64,000 bases of DNA from Candidatus Sericytochromatia bacterium (GCA_040400605.1 JBBAPZ010000006.1:2908-66907), one strand, 5' to 3'. Shown: positions 38,769-48,658, numbered from the stretch's first letter. Notes: generated by a model not told the origin, from the sequence alone. A program made the numbers and translations.

Positions 38769-39245
38769 CTAAAAGAGGTTATCGATTCCTTGATTGGTTG
38801 GGTTGAATGGGGGCTTGGTCTCGGTGTATAGCGCCTCCATCTGCATATTGAATTTGGGAAGGGCTTGCATCGTTTTAAATTTGACCAGGCCGACAGTGAC
38901 ATTGGAACCGAAAACGAGCGCCAGGGAGTCAGTTGTGTCAAGCGCCACAACAAAAATGGATTCGTTATGGCCCTGTTGGTAAAGTGACCGAAAGTGCTTT
39001 TCACCGAGCAACCGAGCCAAGGCGCGGCTGCTCGCAAAAGAACCGCTGATCAACGCGGCGAGCGAGACGGTATCCAGAGTCCCGGTTTGCCCCTGAGCCG
39101 TGATCAATTGACCACTTTTCTCAATGAGAATTACAGCCCGCGCGCCCGTGTCACGCTGTAAATGCGCACAGATGGCATTCAGGCTGTTGATGCCCGCTTC
39201 GGTGAGGATCAACGTACCGCCAGGTTTGACCATGGAATTGTTCAA
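38769..39245 (-). CDS. mglB: Roadblock/LC7 domain protein, MglB-like GAP
   Basis: 158-aa Roadblock-fold pattern immediately upstream of mglA, separated by 20 bp. Confidence 0.75.
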   Translation of the reverse strand: MNNSMVKPGGTLILTEAGINSLNAICAHLQRDTGARAVILIEKSGQLITAQGQTGTLDTVSLAALISGSFASSRALARLLGEKHFRSLYQQGHNESIFVVALDTTDSLALVFGSNVTVGLVKFKTMQALPKFNMQMEALYTETKPPFNPTNQGIDNLF

Positions 39246-39263
39246 CCTCCTAATGTTTGCGAA

Positions 39264-40148
39264 TCAGGGCGTCGGTACGGTTTGATTCAAGTCACGCCAC
39301 AAATCGTGTTGCATGGGTACAGTGGCATACAAGGTGTCTTCCAAAATACGCTCCAGGAATTTTTCACCATAAACCTTGATGACAAAACCGCGCACCTCCT
39401 GCCATAAGGGTTGATAAGCGCCCATCAGGCGACTCGTTTGCCAGTTGTCAGGCAAATCGTCGATGACGTGACCCTGCCGCAGCCTTAAGGCAAGATGACG
39501 CGCCCTCGCAGTGTCATTGAACAAACGTTCCAGGGCGTCAACCATTTTTACGCCACTGATGGCCGCGAATTGACTCGCCACAGTTGTAATGACATCCGTG
39601 AACAAGCGCCTCAGAAACTCTTCGTTGGCGCAGTCAACCACGATGCTGCCCGCCTCATGCAAGGTTGTGACCTCCTCAAGGACCACAACCTCGCCGCGAC
39701 CTAACTTTAACACCAGTTCACCAAACACGATTCCGTCGCCCAGCGCCTCTTTCCACGCATCACTCAAAGTACCGCCATCGCGCTGGGGGGTTATCCTCGA
39801 GCGGGTTGAAAAGTAATCAGGCAAGCGAGCCAACAAATCATTCTGCTTCATCAACAAGGCGCTCCCCAAATCGGCTACCTGCTTTAAACCGATAGACTCG
39901 CCTCTTGGCATTGACTCGTGACTTTCGTTAAATTCAAAGATTCCCGTGGTCCACAGAGACAATTGGGCACAGGCCTCCCTGTTGCGAAGGTTGGCATGTG
40001 CCGCTCCGACAATGGTTCCGGCCTGCAACGTGACCGTGCCGCGCTTTCCTTGCCGCTTAAGGGTCAACTCCCCTGACGCGCTCGCCAATGTCAGGATCTG
40101 TAGCAAATCCAACAAGCGAAAGTCCTGCAAGCTACCTTCTTTGATCAT
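39264..40148 (-). CDS. PATAN (DUF4388) domain protein
   Basis: N-terminus GSLQDFRLLDLLQILTLASASGELTL matches the DUF4388/PATAN signature. Lies 18 bp upstream of mglB. Confidence 0.65.
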   Translation of the reverse strand: MIKEGSLQDFRLLDLLQILTLASASGELTLKRQGKRGTVTLQAGTIVGAAHANLRNREACAQLSLWTTGIFEFNESHESMPRGESIGLKQVADLGSALLMKQNDLLARLPDYFSTRSRITPQRDGGTLSDAWKEALGDGIVFGELVLKLGRGEVVVLEEVTTLHEAGSIVVDCANEEFLRRLFTDVITTVASQFAAISGVKMVDALERLFNDTARARHLALRLRQGHVIDDLPDNWQTSRLMGAYQPLWQEVRGFVIKVYGEKFLERILEDTLYATVPMQHDLWRDLNQTVPTP

Positions 40149-40182
40149 GGTTCAATCGATTCCTCGGCACATGTAAGGGGTC

Positions 40183-41157
40183 TCACTGCGCAATCAGCAC
40201 ATATTCCGTGATGCCTTCGTCGGTTCCTTCCTGTCGAAATGGACAAGATACCAGTCGACGCACCGGACGAAATCGTTCCACCAACGCTTTGAAGGCCTTG
40301 ATGCGAATGGGTTCGGCGCTGTTATAGCCAATAGCCCAGACGGGGAGATGCGTGACGCGTGCAAAAAATCGGTTGAGGGCGTGTTCATATTGCATTGGAC
40401 CCAGTGACTCACCCAGTGCAGGTGCGCCATTCGCTGTTTCGTGCGATGGAGGTAAGGCAGGCGTGTGGTGTCCACGGACCCAACTTTCGTGCATCCAGAT
40501 GTGAGCGATACGGTCCTGAGATCCCAGGTGCGTCGGTGGATAACACAGTAACACGTCTGCATCGACACCGGGAGCCTGCTCGTTGGCGTCACCGAAGATT
40601 GCGTGGTTATCCTGACCATTGTCACATACCCAACTGTTTAACCTTTGCACGTAATGCGCAAACAGTTGTTGGGGACGGTGTTGTTGCGGCGCAGCATTTG
40701 GGGATTGATTCAGCCAATGTTTAAGCACCAGGCCAACCGCACCGATGCCGATTGCCTGACTGATTGGATGGCTGGGGGTTTGTATCAAATGATGATGCCA
40801 TAGTCCAAGCCATACGATTGCCTCCGGCAGGAGGCCGCATTCCGACCACCCTCGGAATCGGTTCACGATGACAGGATCCTTGACAATGACTTGCCACGCC
40901 TGCCATTCATCGTGCGTCACGCGGTGGTGACCGTTGGCGATGTAGGCTTGTGCCATCGCATGATGGGAAAGTATCTGGTCACCGCTCACCACCCGCTTTC
41001 CTTCACGCTTGAAGTGCAATCCAAGCTTTGCGTCGCCCGCAAAGGGCTCATAGGCGCTCTCGAACGCTACGCCTGACAGCGCGCGTGAGAACAAACTCGG
41101 CATGATGCGCTTCTGACGTGCAAGGGGGACACGCGTCGTTGTTTGATCTTGGGTCAT
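40183..41157 (-). CDS. hypothetical protein with weak, degenerate resemblance to D12-class (Dam-like) adenine methyltransferase motifs
   Basis: YEPFAGDAKL sits at the position of Dam motif I (EPFxGxG). CYPPT sits roughly 170 aa later, where DPPY would be. Both are degenerate. Confidence 0.35.
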   Translation of the reverse strand: MTQDQTTTRVPLARQKRIMPSLFSRALSGVAFESAYEPFAGDAKLGLHFKREGKRVVSGDQILSHHAMAQAYIANGHHRVTHDEWQAWQVIVKDPVIVNRFRGWSECGLLPEAIVWLGLWHHHLIQTPSHPISQAIGIGAVGLVLKHWLNQSPNAAPQQHRPQQLFAHYVQRLNSWVCDNGQDNHAIFGDANEQAPGVDADVLLCYPPTHLGSQDRIAHIWMHESWVRGHHTPALPPSHETANGAPALGESLGPMQYEHALNRFFARVTHLPVWAIGYNSAEPIRIKAFKALVERFRPVRRLVSCPFRQEGTDEGITEYVLIAQ

Positions 41158-41187
41158 CGCTAGAAACCTTCATACGATCCGTACACG

Positions 41188-41808
41188 TCAAAAGTCCAGC
41201 GAACGGGGCCACGAAATGGCAGTTCCTCGGTCACCGGCATCAATTTCCACAACCCATACGTAACGGCCTCGCGGTACTTTCCCTGAAAAGATCGCACTCG
41301 AGTCACGGGTATGTTCACCCATCCACTTGAATTGATTGGCTCCGGTGATCCGAATGCGATACTGTTTGGCCTGCGCGTGGGTTGACCAGTGAAACGGCAC
41401 CACAGTTTGCTCATCGACCACCAAGGCGACACCGTTTTCTGGGTACAGTAACTGGTTGAACGCCAAATCGAATGCGGGGATATCGACACCCGAACCGACG
41501 CCGTCCGTAATCACAGGCGATCGCCACTGGGCGATCTCGTTTGGGACCTGTCGTGGTCCCGGTGCTTGACTCTGAAAGTACACCTGAACCGGCTGCTGTT
41601 GAACGTTGCGAAAAAAATAACGTCCATTGCCGTCGGTCGTCGTTTTTGCCGATACATTGCCGACCAGTGTCACCCGACGATTCACGGCTGGCTCCCCATT
41701 GTACAACAAGGTGCCACTCACCACGCCTGGCACGTTGACCGATTGGCAACCCGACAAGGCCTGAAAGACCATCACGCCAAGTGAGAACCACGCCAGGTGG
41801 GGCAGCAT
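41188..41808 (-). CDS. lipoprotein with CarboxypepD_reg-like domain
   Basis: Signal peptide ending in ALSGCQS. GTLLYNGEPAVNRRVTLVGNVSAKTTTDGNGRYFF is a CarboxypepD_reg block. Confidence 0.5.
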   Translation of the reverse strand: MLPHLAWFSLGVMVFQALSGCQSVNVPGVVSGTLLYNGEPAVNRRVTLVGNVSAKTTTDGNGRYFFRNVQQQPVQVYFQSQAPGPRQVPNEIAQWRSPVITDGVGSGVDIPAFDLAFNQLLYPENGVALVVDEQTVVPFHWSTHAQAKQYRIRITGANQFKWMGEHTRDSSAIFSGKVPRGRYVWVVEIDAGDRGTAISWPRSLDF

Positions 41809-41811
41809 CGG

Positions 41812-43359
41812 TTAAAAATCAACCTTTGAACGAACGACAAAGGTTTCAGAGGTGATGGGGTCTGACGGTTTTGGAATAAAAATACTCTCAATAAGCTTGG
41901 CCTGCACGTTGTATTCCGCAATCAGATTTGGAACCCAGGGATTATCAAGCGGAACCTGAACCGAAAAACCGGCGTTGCGGCCCAATGCCTGACCACCGGG
42001 ACCTTCTGTCACGCGACCATCTGACCGCCGGGGCGCCAAGACCGTGTAGTGATCCGTGAATGCCATCAACGTTCGGGGTATGCCCCAAGGTCCCACCAGG
42101 GCACGACCGGGCAACTTGACGATCGCACCATAGCTGATGACCCCCACGCTTTGATTGGGATCACTGTTGTACATGACCGTTGCGCTTGCCCCGAAATCTT
42201 TTGAGCCGCCACGCACACCCCCACCGAACGACGTCAACGCCAGATTGGTCAAATTGGCTTGCAACGTGCCACCCCAGGGGGCTTCTTGACCAAAATCCAG
42301 CACGACGGCCGCGTTATCCGTGGTTTTGACACGCGGATCGCTGCTGTTGAACGCTTGCGTGATGGCCTTGTGGTCGGTTTCATAGCCGCCTGTGAGTTTG
42401 ACGGGGCCAATTTTGCCCTCCATTTGCCAGATCACGATGTTTGAGTTGACACCACCCCGCACAGTCAACGCTCCCAACGTCGTTTCCCCAGTCAAACCGA
42501 CATCGCTGCCAACTCGCAGTGCCGATGCTGCGGGCTTTAGGCCGCCCACACCCACTATAAAACTGTCGTAAAAATTCAGACCCGTTTCCGGCCCGAAATC
42601 AACCAGCCAAAGCGGGAATCGACCGACATTGATGACCGTTGAACCAATTGTTGACGTCACCCTGGCTTCGCGAAAGGTCACGTTGGTATCCGCTGGCGTT
42701 TTGCCCAGCGCCCCAGCCAGGACAGAAGGAATGTCACCGGATCCCGAGGCTTTAATGGCACTGCCAATGCTGGCATTGAATGCTGTGTTATCGCTGATGA
42801 CCCCGCGAACGGTCAGGTTCATCAAGGAGCCAATATAGGGCGCCGTCCTATCTTTGCCAACATCAAGCAATTCGTCGGCCACCAGCGAACGGATGTCACC
42901 TTTGATTTGAGCGGAGCGCTCCAAAGTGGTCTTGAGGGTCTGGTTGCTCTTTTCGACCTCAGCCATCCGGGATGCGAGGCTGTCAAGCTCTTTTTTAAAC
43001 TCACCCTTCAAGCGCTCAATCAACACCTTGTCAGATGCACTCGCCCCGCGCACCGCAACCGGCGTGCCAGCTCCCTCGCGTCCCTCCTTGACCCCATCCA
43101 GACGCCGAAGCAGGTTATACAAAGAGGCTGCGAGCTCATAGCGACTGACAGCCTTGGCGCCGCGGAATGTGTTATCCGGGAAACCGCTCATCACCCCATA
43201 CCGCTCGATCAGACCCTCAACCGCTTGATAGGCCCAATGCTCAGGCGCCAAATCGTGCATCTCGGCTGCCGCCGGTGCAGCCCAGGCAGGACGAATCTGG
43301 CCACACAAGCACAAGGCTGCGACAAAGGTGATACCAAAATGGTTGACAGGACGTGACAT
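41812..43359 (-). CDS. SLH-domain outer-membrane porin-like protein (SLH + coiled coil + beta-barrel)
   Basis: Signal peptide, SLH motif (HWAYQAVEGLIERYGVMSGFPDNTFRGAKAVSRYELA), coiled-coil segment, and C-terminal alternating beta-strand region ending in F. Confidence 0.75.
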   Translation of the reverse strand: MSRPVNHFGITFVAALCLCGQIRPAWAAPAAAEMHDLAPEHWAYQAVEGLIERYGVMSGFPDNTFRGAKAVSRYELAASLYNLLRRLDGVKEGREGAGTPVAVRGASASDKVLIERLKGEFKKELDSLASRMAEVEKSNQTLKTTLERSAQIKGDIRSLVADELLDVGKDRTAPYIGSLMNLTVRGVISDNTAFNASIGSAIKASGSGDIPSVLAGALGKTPADTNVTFREARVTSTIGSTVINVGRFPLWLVDFGPETGLNFYDSFIVGVGGLKPAASALRVGSDVGLTGETTLGALTVRGGVNSNIVIWQMEGKIGPVKLTGGYETDHKAITQAFNSSDPRVKTTDNAAVVLDFGQEAPWGGTLQANLTNLALTSFGGGVRGGSKDFGASATVMYNSDPNQSVGVISYGAIVKLPGRALVGPWGIPRTLMAFTDHYTVLAPRRSDGRVTEGPGGQALGRNAGFSVQVPLDNPWVPNLIAEYNVQAKLIESIFIPKPSDPITSETFVVRSKVDF

Positions 43360-43451
43360 CAGACTCCTCGGGTCATAGGGACAACTTCACGGTGCTTCAC
43401 AAGACGAGACCACACCGGCGGGCATACCCCCGCCAAAACCGTCTTGGTTGC

Positions 43452-44360
43452 TTACCTCCTGCGACGAAAACGCGATAATTCAAAACGACCCTCCAGCCTC
43501 GCCGAACGACGCTCCCTGGCGGAGCCCTTCGTTTCACCCGTTTTAGCACGGGCATCCTTGGCGGACACATCACCCTCCGCCGGATCATCCCGCAACGAGC
43601 GGAGTTTCGCAAAAATGAAGCGAATGATGCGCCCACGCAGGCCCTCTGTTATACCAACGAAGTTCACCGCAACGAAACCCGGCGTCAGCCCCTTGCGTAA
43701 AAGCACCATGCCTTTCAGGTCAAGCCTATCCCCAGGAACATTCACCCGAAAATGGTACACACGTGGGCGCAACGGCTTGGGCAGTGCAAGCAGCATCCCG
43801 CCACCCGACAAATTCACCGTTTGCCCCACGACACTCGGCTTGCGTGCGAGGCTGTCATCATAGACCTCAACACCCACCTTGACCATCAATCGAAAATATT
43901 GCCGCTTCTCGTCCGACACCTGACTGGCCGATTCGGTCGCAACCGATGCCGGCAGGGCGTCAACCGCCGCGTTCGAAACGGATTCAGTGTCAGTCGTCGG
44001 TTGACCCTGCACAGCCTCACTCACGCTGGACTGGCCTTCCGCAACGACTGCCTGCACAGCAGCCGTCACGGGCACGGACCTCGCCTCGGGCGCCACTTCA
44101 ATTGCTGGCTGCCTGTACGGTACTGCCACACGCAATTCGGTGAAAGTGGCGTGCGCGCCCAAGTCAAAGTCCGCTGTCACGTCAGCACTGACTGGCACAG
44201 AGGCCCTCACGCCAACGAAGCTGCTTGCTGGCAGCTTCAGGGGGATGGTCAGTTCGAAGTGAGCCTCAGCGACGGCTGTAACCGTCGCTGAGATTCGGAG
44301 ACCATCAAAGGCGATTTCCAATTCTTGTCCTGGGAAGATCGTATCGCCCAAAACACGCAC
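43452..44360 (-). CDS. PilZ domain protein (c-di-GMP receptor-like) with unknown N-terminal domain and Arg/Lys-rich tail
   Basis: RQYFRL (RxxxR) and NLSGGG (D/NxSxxG) PilZ motifs in the C-terminal half. Confidence 0.7.
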   Translation of the reverse strand: MRVLGDTIFPGQELEIAFDGLRISATVTAVAEAHFELTIPLKLPASSFVGVRASVPVSADVTADFDLGAHATFTELRVAVPYRQPAIEVAPEARSVPVTAAVQAVVAEGQSSVSEAVQGQPTTDTESVSNAAVDALPASVATESASQVSDEKRQYFRLMVKVGVEVYDDSLARKPSVVGQTVNLSGGGMLLALPKPLRPRVYHFRVNVPGDRLDLKGMVLLRKGLTPGFVAVNFVGITEGLRGRIIRFIFAKLRSLRDDPAEGDVSAKDARAKTGETKGSARERRSARLEGRFELSRFRRRR

Positions 44361-44372
44361 CTCAAGTCGTGG

Positions 44373-45383
44373 TCAGGTGACCTTTGTTGGCAAGATCAAC
44401 CATTGGTTGGGGTAAACCAGATTTTTGCTGCCCAGTGACGCCCGGTTCAATGCGGCCAACTCTCTCCACCGCGATGCTTTACCCAGATGTTTCGCTGCTA
44501 TCGCATACAGATTGTCGCCCGCCACAACACGGTACATCCTGTCTACCCGCTTGGCTTTCAAATTATGCGTGGTCCCGACCGAAACCTGCACAGAGTCGGA
44601 CGTGATCGCCAAAGCAGCCGGGGCATCTGGCAAAACCAAGGTTTGGCCAACCTTCAAAAGCAACCCGTTCTTCAATCGGTCGGTGTTAGCTTCGGCGAGC
44701 TCACGCCACCGCGAGCCCTTACCAAGCTGTCTGCGCGCTATCCCGTAAAGCGTATCGCCGGCTGCCACCCGGTAGAATCGCACGCTCAGCGCATTACCAT
44801 TCGTCACGCGCAGTGGCCTGGACACCGGCTCGCGCACCCCGCTTGCAGCAGGTGACACGTTGGCGACACGCTGTACCGACGCCTCGACGGCCGCAGGCGA
44901 CACCTTAGCGACACGTTGCACCGGCACTTCGGTGGCCTTCGCCTTTGAGAAACGAACGGACGGGGTACGCGTGGTGTCAACCTCGGGCACTACCGGCTGA
45001 TCCATCAAAACCGCCATCGACCGAGTGAAGGGGAAGGTCCGCGTGCCCGGAACAACGACAATCGGCGGAAATGCCTGCTCAGAGGCGGATGCCAGCATCA
45101 CGCCGGGCTTGGTGACAGTCTGGGCGTGCGCGACAAACGGGGACAGCGTGGTAGGCAAGGTAATAAACCCGATCGCAGCCGCACGGGTGACACCTGCAAA
45201 CTGCTGGCGGTGAGTTGCGGCAGAACCATTCGCCAAGCCAGTAGGAAACAGTTCACCGAGCAACTTGAGCTCACCCCTTGTCACTCTGACCCTCCCACTT
45301 TCCGCAACACGGTGCAAAAGCGCCAGTTCCGTGTTGATGTCATCTGTTGTCTGACCAGCAATCATACGTCCTGAAGCGCCCAT
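44373..45383 (-). CDS. secreted protein with two LysM domains
   Basis: YRVAAGDTLYGIARRQLGKGSRWRELAEAN and YRVVAGDNLYAIAAKHLGKASRWRELAALN are LysM repeats. Internal tandem PVQRVAKVSPAAVEASVQRVANVSPAA. Confidence 0.7.
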   Translation of the reverse strand: MGASGRMIAGQTTDDINTELALLHRVAESGRVRVTRGELKLLGELFPTGLANGSAATHRQQFAGVTRAAAIGFITLPTTLSPFVAHAQTVTKPGVMLASASEQAFPPIVVVPGTRTFPFTRSMAVLMDQPVVPEVDTTRTPSVRFSKAKATEVPVQRVAKVSPAAVEASVQRVANVSPAASGVREPVSRPLRVTNGNALSVRFYRVAAGDTLYGIARRQLGKGSRWRELAEANTDRLKNGLLLKVGQTLVLPDAPAALAITSDSVQVSVGTTHNLKAKRVDRMYRVVAGDNLYAIAAKHLGKASRWRELAALNRASLGSKNLVYPNQWLILPTKVT

Positions 45384-45763
45384 GTCGTCAATTTACTCCT
45401 TCGCCGCTCGTTACCGAAGTCCACCTGATTGTCTGGGCTGCGCGGGACGCCACACGCGCAATCCCGAACCGACCAGGCCCCTATGGGGACACACTGCTAC
45501 GGCAACCGCCGTGAGAACAATTAAAACGGGCCGCTTACCGATATGCTGTTACGCGCGTCACCAATCTCAACACGAGCGCGCCATTAACCGCCGCGGTCTC
45601 TCCCAGGTTGGCCGTTTGACATCAATCCGAGCCTTGGCGTCGGCTGATCCGTGGACGTAACAGGCAATCCATGCGAAGATGCCTGAGGTCAATTCAGCCG
45701 GTGTCGGGTGTGCCCGGGACGGATCCGATGCCCGGTTTCAACCTGCCTAATGGGCCAACATTG

Positions 45764-45838
45764 TGACGGAGGCGGCCTTGAAAACGATGGCAGCCTGGGC
45801 CCTTTAAACAGTCGTGGCGCTCACCCTTTGGGTATTGG
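45764..45838 (+). repeat. decayed tandem duplicate of the nuoA 5' end (about 80% identical to 45865-45943, period 101 bp)
   Basis: Alignment of TGACGGAGGCGGCCTTGAAAACGATGGCAGCCTGGGCCCTTTAA... with TGACAGAGGCGGTATTAAAAACGATGGCAGGCCTGGCCCTGTTG... The upstream copy carries a 6-codon mini-ORF MAAWAL-stop. Confidence 0.5.
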
Positions 45839-45863
45839 TCAATCTGGAGAGTTGAAAAACATC

Positions 45864-46355
45864 ATGACAGAGGCGGTATTAAAAACGATGGCAGGCCTGG
45901 CCCTGTTGACCGTTGTGGCGCTCGGCACCGTCTGGGTGTTGACGTTTGGCGTATTGCCTGCACTCCCCGGATTGCTGGGCGCGATCGCATCTTCCTCCTC
46001 GGAAACGTTTTTTGCGCTGTTTATCACCTTGCTGCTTGCAATCGTCCTGCCCTTCGCGATGATGGGATTGTCAGCGGTTCTTGGCCCCTACGCGCCCAAT
46101 GAACGCAAGCTGGAACCGTACGAGTCAGGAATTCGGCACCCGGTGGGCGGGGCGCGAGAACGGTTTTCGATCAAATTTTACCTCGTTGCGATTCTATTCA
46201 TTGTGTTCGATGTGGAAGCGGTGTTCCTGTTCCCGTGGGCAGTGAATTTTAGAGAACTTGGTGTTTACGGACTGGTTGAAATGTTTGTGTTTATTGGGGT
46301 TTTATTTGCAGGTTTCGTGTACGTGGTTAAGAAAGGGGCGTTGAAATGGGATTAA
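45864..46355 (+). CDS. nuoA: NADH-quinone oxidoreductase subunit A
   Basis: Three TM helices and a C-terminal KLEPYESG...[22 protein letters not shown] NuoA signature. Start taken at ATG 45864; the upstream part of the track ORF is the duplicated leader. Confidence 0.8.
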   Translation: MTEAVLKTMAGLALLTVVALGTVWVLTFGVLPALPGLLGAIASSSSETFFALFITLLLAIVLPFAMMGLSAVLGPYAPNERKLEPYESGIRHPVGGARERFSIKFYLVAILFIVFDVEAVFLFPWAVNFRELGVYGLVEMFVFIGVLFAGFVYVVKKGALKWD

Positions 46356-46837
46356 TGAAGGACGTCATTCTGACCAGCAGAGATGCCGTGTTGAGTTGGG
46401 GTCGCGAGAATTCATTGTGGCCGATTCCGTTTGGAACTGCCTGTTGCGCCATCGAGTTTATGAGCACCGTTTCTTCAGCGTACGATATCAGCCGCTTCGG
46501 CGCTGAAGTCGTGCGGTTTTCGCCGCGCCAGGCAGATTTGATGATTGTGGCGGGCACAGTGAATTATAAGCAGGCGCCGATCCTGAAACGCGTCTACGAA
46601 CAGATGCCAGACCCCAAGTGGGTCATTTCGATGGGCGTGTGTGCTAGCTCAGGTGGTTTTTACGACAATTATGCAGTCGTACAGGGAATTGATGAAATCA
46701 TCCCGGTCGATGTGTACATCGGCGGTTGTCCTCCGAGGCCTGAAGCGGTTTTGGATGCAATTATGAAGTTGCAGGGCAAGTTGCGCTTGCCTTCAGCGAG
46801 CGATGTTGCCAAGTTGTCTGAGCAACGGTTGGCATAG
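46346..46837 (+). CDS. nuoB: NADH-quinone oxidoreductase subunit B
   Basis: [15 protein letters not shown]...GVCASSGG...GGCPPRPE N2 cluster motifs. Confidence 0.95.
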   Translation: MGLMKDVILTSRDAVLSWGRENSLWPIPFGTACCAIEFMSTVSSAYDISRFGAEVVRFSPRQADLMIVAGTVNYKQAPILKRVYEQMPDPKWVISMGVCASSGGFYDNYAVVQGIDEIIPVDVYIGGCPPRPEAVLDAIMKLQGKLRLPSASDVAKLSEQRLA

Positions 46838-46848
46838 GGCGAGGGGGC

Positions 46849-47409
46849 TTGGGGATGGGTGTGTCAGCGAATGCGGTGTTGGCGAATGTCCAACGACTTT
46901 ATCCGAATTTTTTTACTTTAAGTCCGACCCAGGAAGCAGTTCTGGTTGTGCCTCTGGCCAATCTCCTGGAGACGCTGACGAAACTGAGGCAGGATCCGGA
47001 TCTGAATTTCAATTTCTTGATGGACTTGACCATCATCGACTACCTGACCCATCCGGTGCCGCGCAAAACACGTTTCGAAGTCGTATATCAGCTGTTTGCC
47101 TTGGAGTCGGCAGCGCGACTGCGGGTGAAGGCAGCCGTCCAGCAAGCTGAATCGATCCAGAGCGTTACTGGGCTTTGGGCCGCGGCAGATTGGGCCGAGC
47201 GCGAGGCTTGGGAGATGTACGGGCTCAAATTTGACGGCCACACCAATTTGCGTCGGTTGCTAACGCACAAGGATTTCGTGGGTTATCCGTTGCGCAAGGA
47301 CTATCCGGCCAAGAAGCGCCAGCCCTTGAATGACTCGGACACGCTACTGGAGGAGATGGAGCAACGCCTGGTGTTTAAGGGGCTTAAAACGGTGGAGGTC
47401 GAGGGATGA
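46849..47409 (+). CDS. nuoC: NADH-quinone oxidoreductase subunit C
   Basis: 30-kDa subunit pattern (ERE...YGLKFDGHTNLRRLL). Confidence 0.85.
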   Translation: MGMGVSANAVLANVQRLYPNFFTLSPTQEAVLVVPLANLLETLTKLRQDPDLNFNFLMDLTIIDYLTHPVPRKTRFEVVYQLFALESAARLRVKAAVQQAESIQSVTGLWAAADWAEREAWEMYGLKFDGHTNLRRLLTHKDFVGYPLRKDYPAKKRQPLNDSDTLLEEMEQRLVFKGLKTVEVEG

Positions 47410-48650
47410 TGCGGGTACCTGGGATCGAAGACAAATCGCCTGTGCTCGCGGAAGCGGTTGTGCCGGAGTTTTACCAAGACCTGCACACTGATTTGATGTT
47501 TTTAAACGTCGGCCCTTCCCATCCTGCCAGCCACGGGACGCTGCGTACCTTTGTCGCCTTGGATGGTGAAACGATTGCTGCGGCGGTGACTGAGATAGGC
47601 TATCTGCACCGGGGTTTTGAAAAAACCTGTGAACTGAGAACATACAATCAATGCATCCCTTACACAGACCGTCTTAACTATTGCTCGGCGATTCTCAACA
47701 ACATCGGATTCGCCAAGGCGGCTGAACGTCTGATGGGCGTTGAGATCACCGATCGTTGCAAGTTTGTGCGCGTGATTGTTGGTGAAATGATGCGGGTTGT
47801 TGATCACCTCATCTGTATTGGAACCAACTTGGTAGACATAGGCGCCTTGTCCAATTTTTGGTTCTTGTACAACAAGCGTGAGCAGGTGTACACGATCCTG
47901 GAGCGCCTGACTGGTGCACGTTTAACCAACAGTTTTACGCGAATCGGTGGATTGGCACGCGATCTTTATGACGGCTTCGAGGCGGATACCCTGGCAGTAC
48001 TTGCGGACATCGAGAAGGCAGCGGTGAATGTTCAGTCGTTAGTCGCCAAGAACCGAATCTTTGTTGACCGCACGCAGGGTATTTGTATATTGACGCCCGA
48101 ACGCGCCATATCCTATGGCTTTACCGGCCCCAACCTGAGGGCGACCGGAGTCCCGTTGGATTTGCGCAAAACACAGCCCTATTATCATTATGATGCTTTC
48201 GATTTTGACATCGCGGTGGGTTCAAAAGGCGATACGTACGATCGCATTATGGTTCGTTTCATTGAGATTGAGCAGTCGATACGGATCATCCGTCAGGCCA
48301 TAAAGATGTTGCCAGGGGGCCCGATCAATGTCGATGACAAGCGCGTGACACTGCCCGGCAAGGCGGACACTTATCAAAATATCGAGGGGTTGATCAATCA
48401 CTTCAAATTGATTTTCGAAGGAGTCAAGGCCCCTGTTGGCGAAGTTTACGATGCAACTGAAGCGGCCAATGGCGAGCTTGGATTTTATATTGTTTCGGAT
48501 GGCTCCGGTTATCCGTATAAGGTCAAGTGTCGACCGCCTTGTTTTTATGCTTTCAATGCGTTTCATGAAATGGTCGAAGGGCATATGATTGCTGATCTCG
48601 TAGCGACGCTCGGCTCGATCAATATCATCGCAGGCGAGTTGGAACGTTAG
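47406..48650 (+). CDS. nuoD: NADH-quinone oxidoreductase subunit D
   Basis: 49-kDa subunit blocks (MFLNVGPSHPASHG, RIGGLA). Confidence 0.95.
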   Translation: MMRVPGIEDKSPVLAEAVVPEFYQDLHTDLMFLNVGPSHPASHGTLRTFVALDGETIAAAVTEIGYLHRGFEKTCELRTYNQCIPYTDRLNYCSAILNNIGFAKAAERLMGVEITDRCKFVRVIVGEMMRVVDHLICIGTNLVDIGALSNFWFLYNKREQVYTILERLTGARLTNSFTRIGGLARDLYDGFEADTLAVLADIEKAAVNVQSLVAKNRIFVDRTQGICILTPERAISYGFTGPNLRATGVPLDLRKTQPYYHYDAFDFDIAVGSKGDTYDRIMVRFIEIEQSIRIIRQAIKMLPGGPINVDDKRVTLPGKADTYQNIEGLINHFKLIFEGVKAPVGEVYDATEAANGELGFYIVSDGSGYPYKVKCRPPCFYAFNAFHEMVEGHMIADLVATLGSINIIAGELER

Positions 48651-48658
48651 GTAAGGGG

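Noticed and set aside
43397-43420. Hairpin GGCGGG-cata-cc-CCCGCC between the PilZ and porin genes, considered as a terminator
   Set aside because: No U-tract follows on the coding (minus) strand. It is more likely a processing or structure element, or noise.
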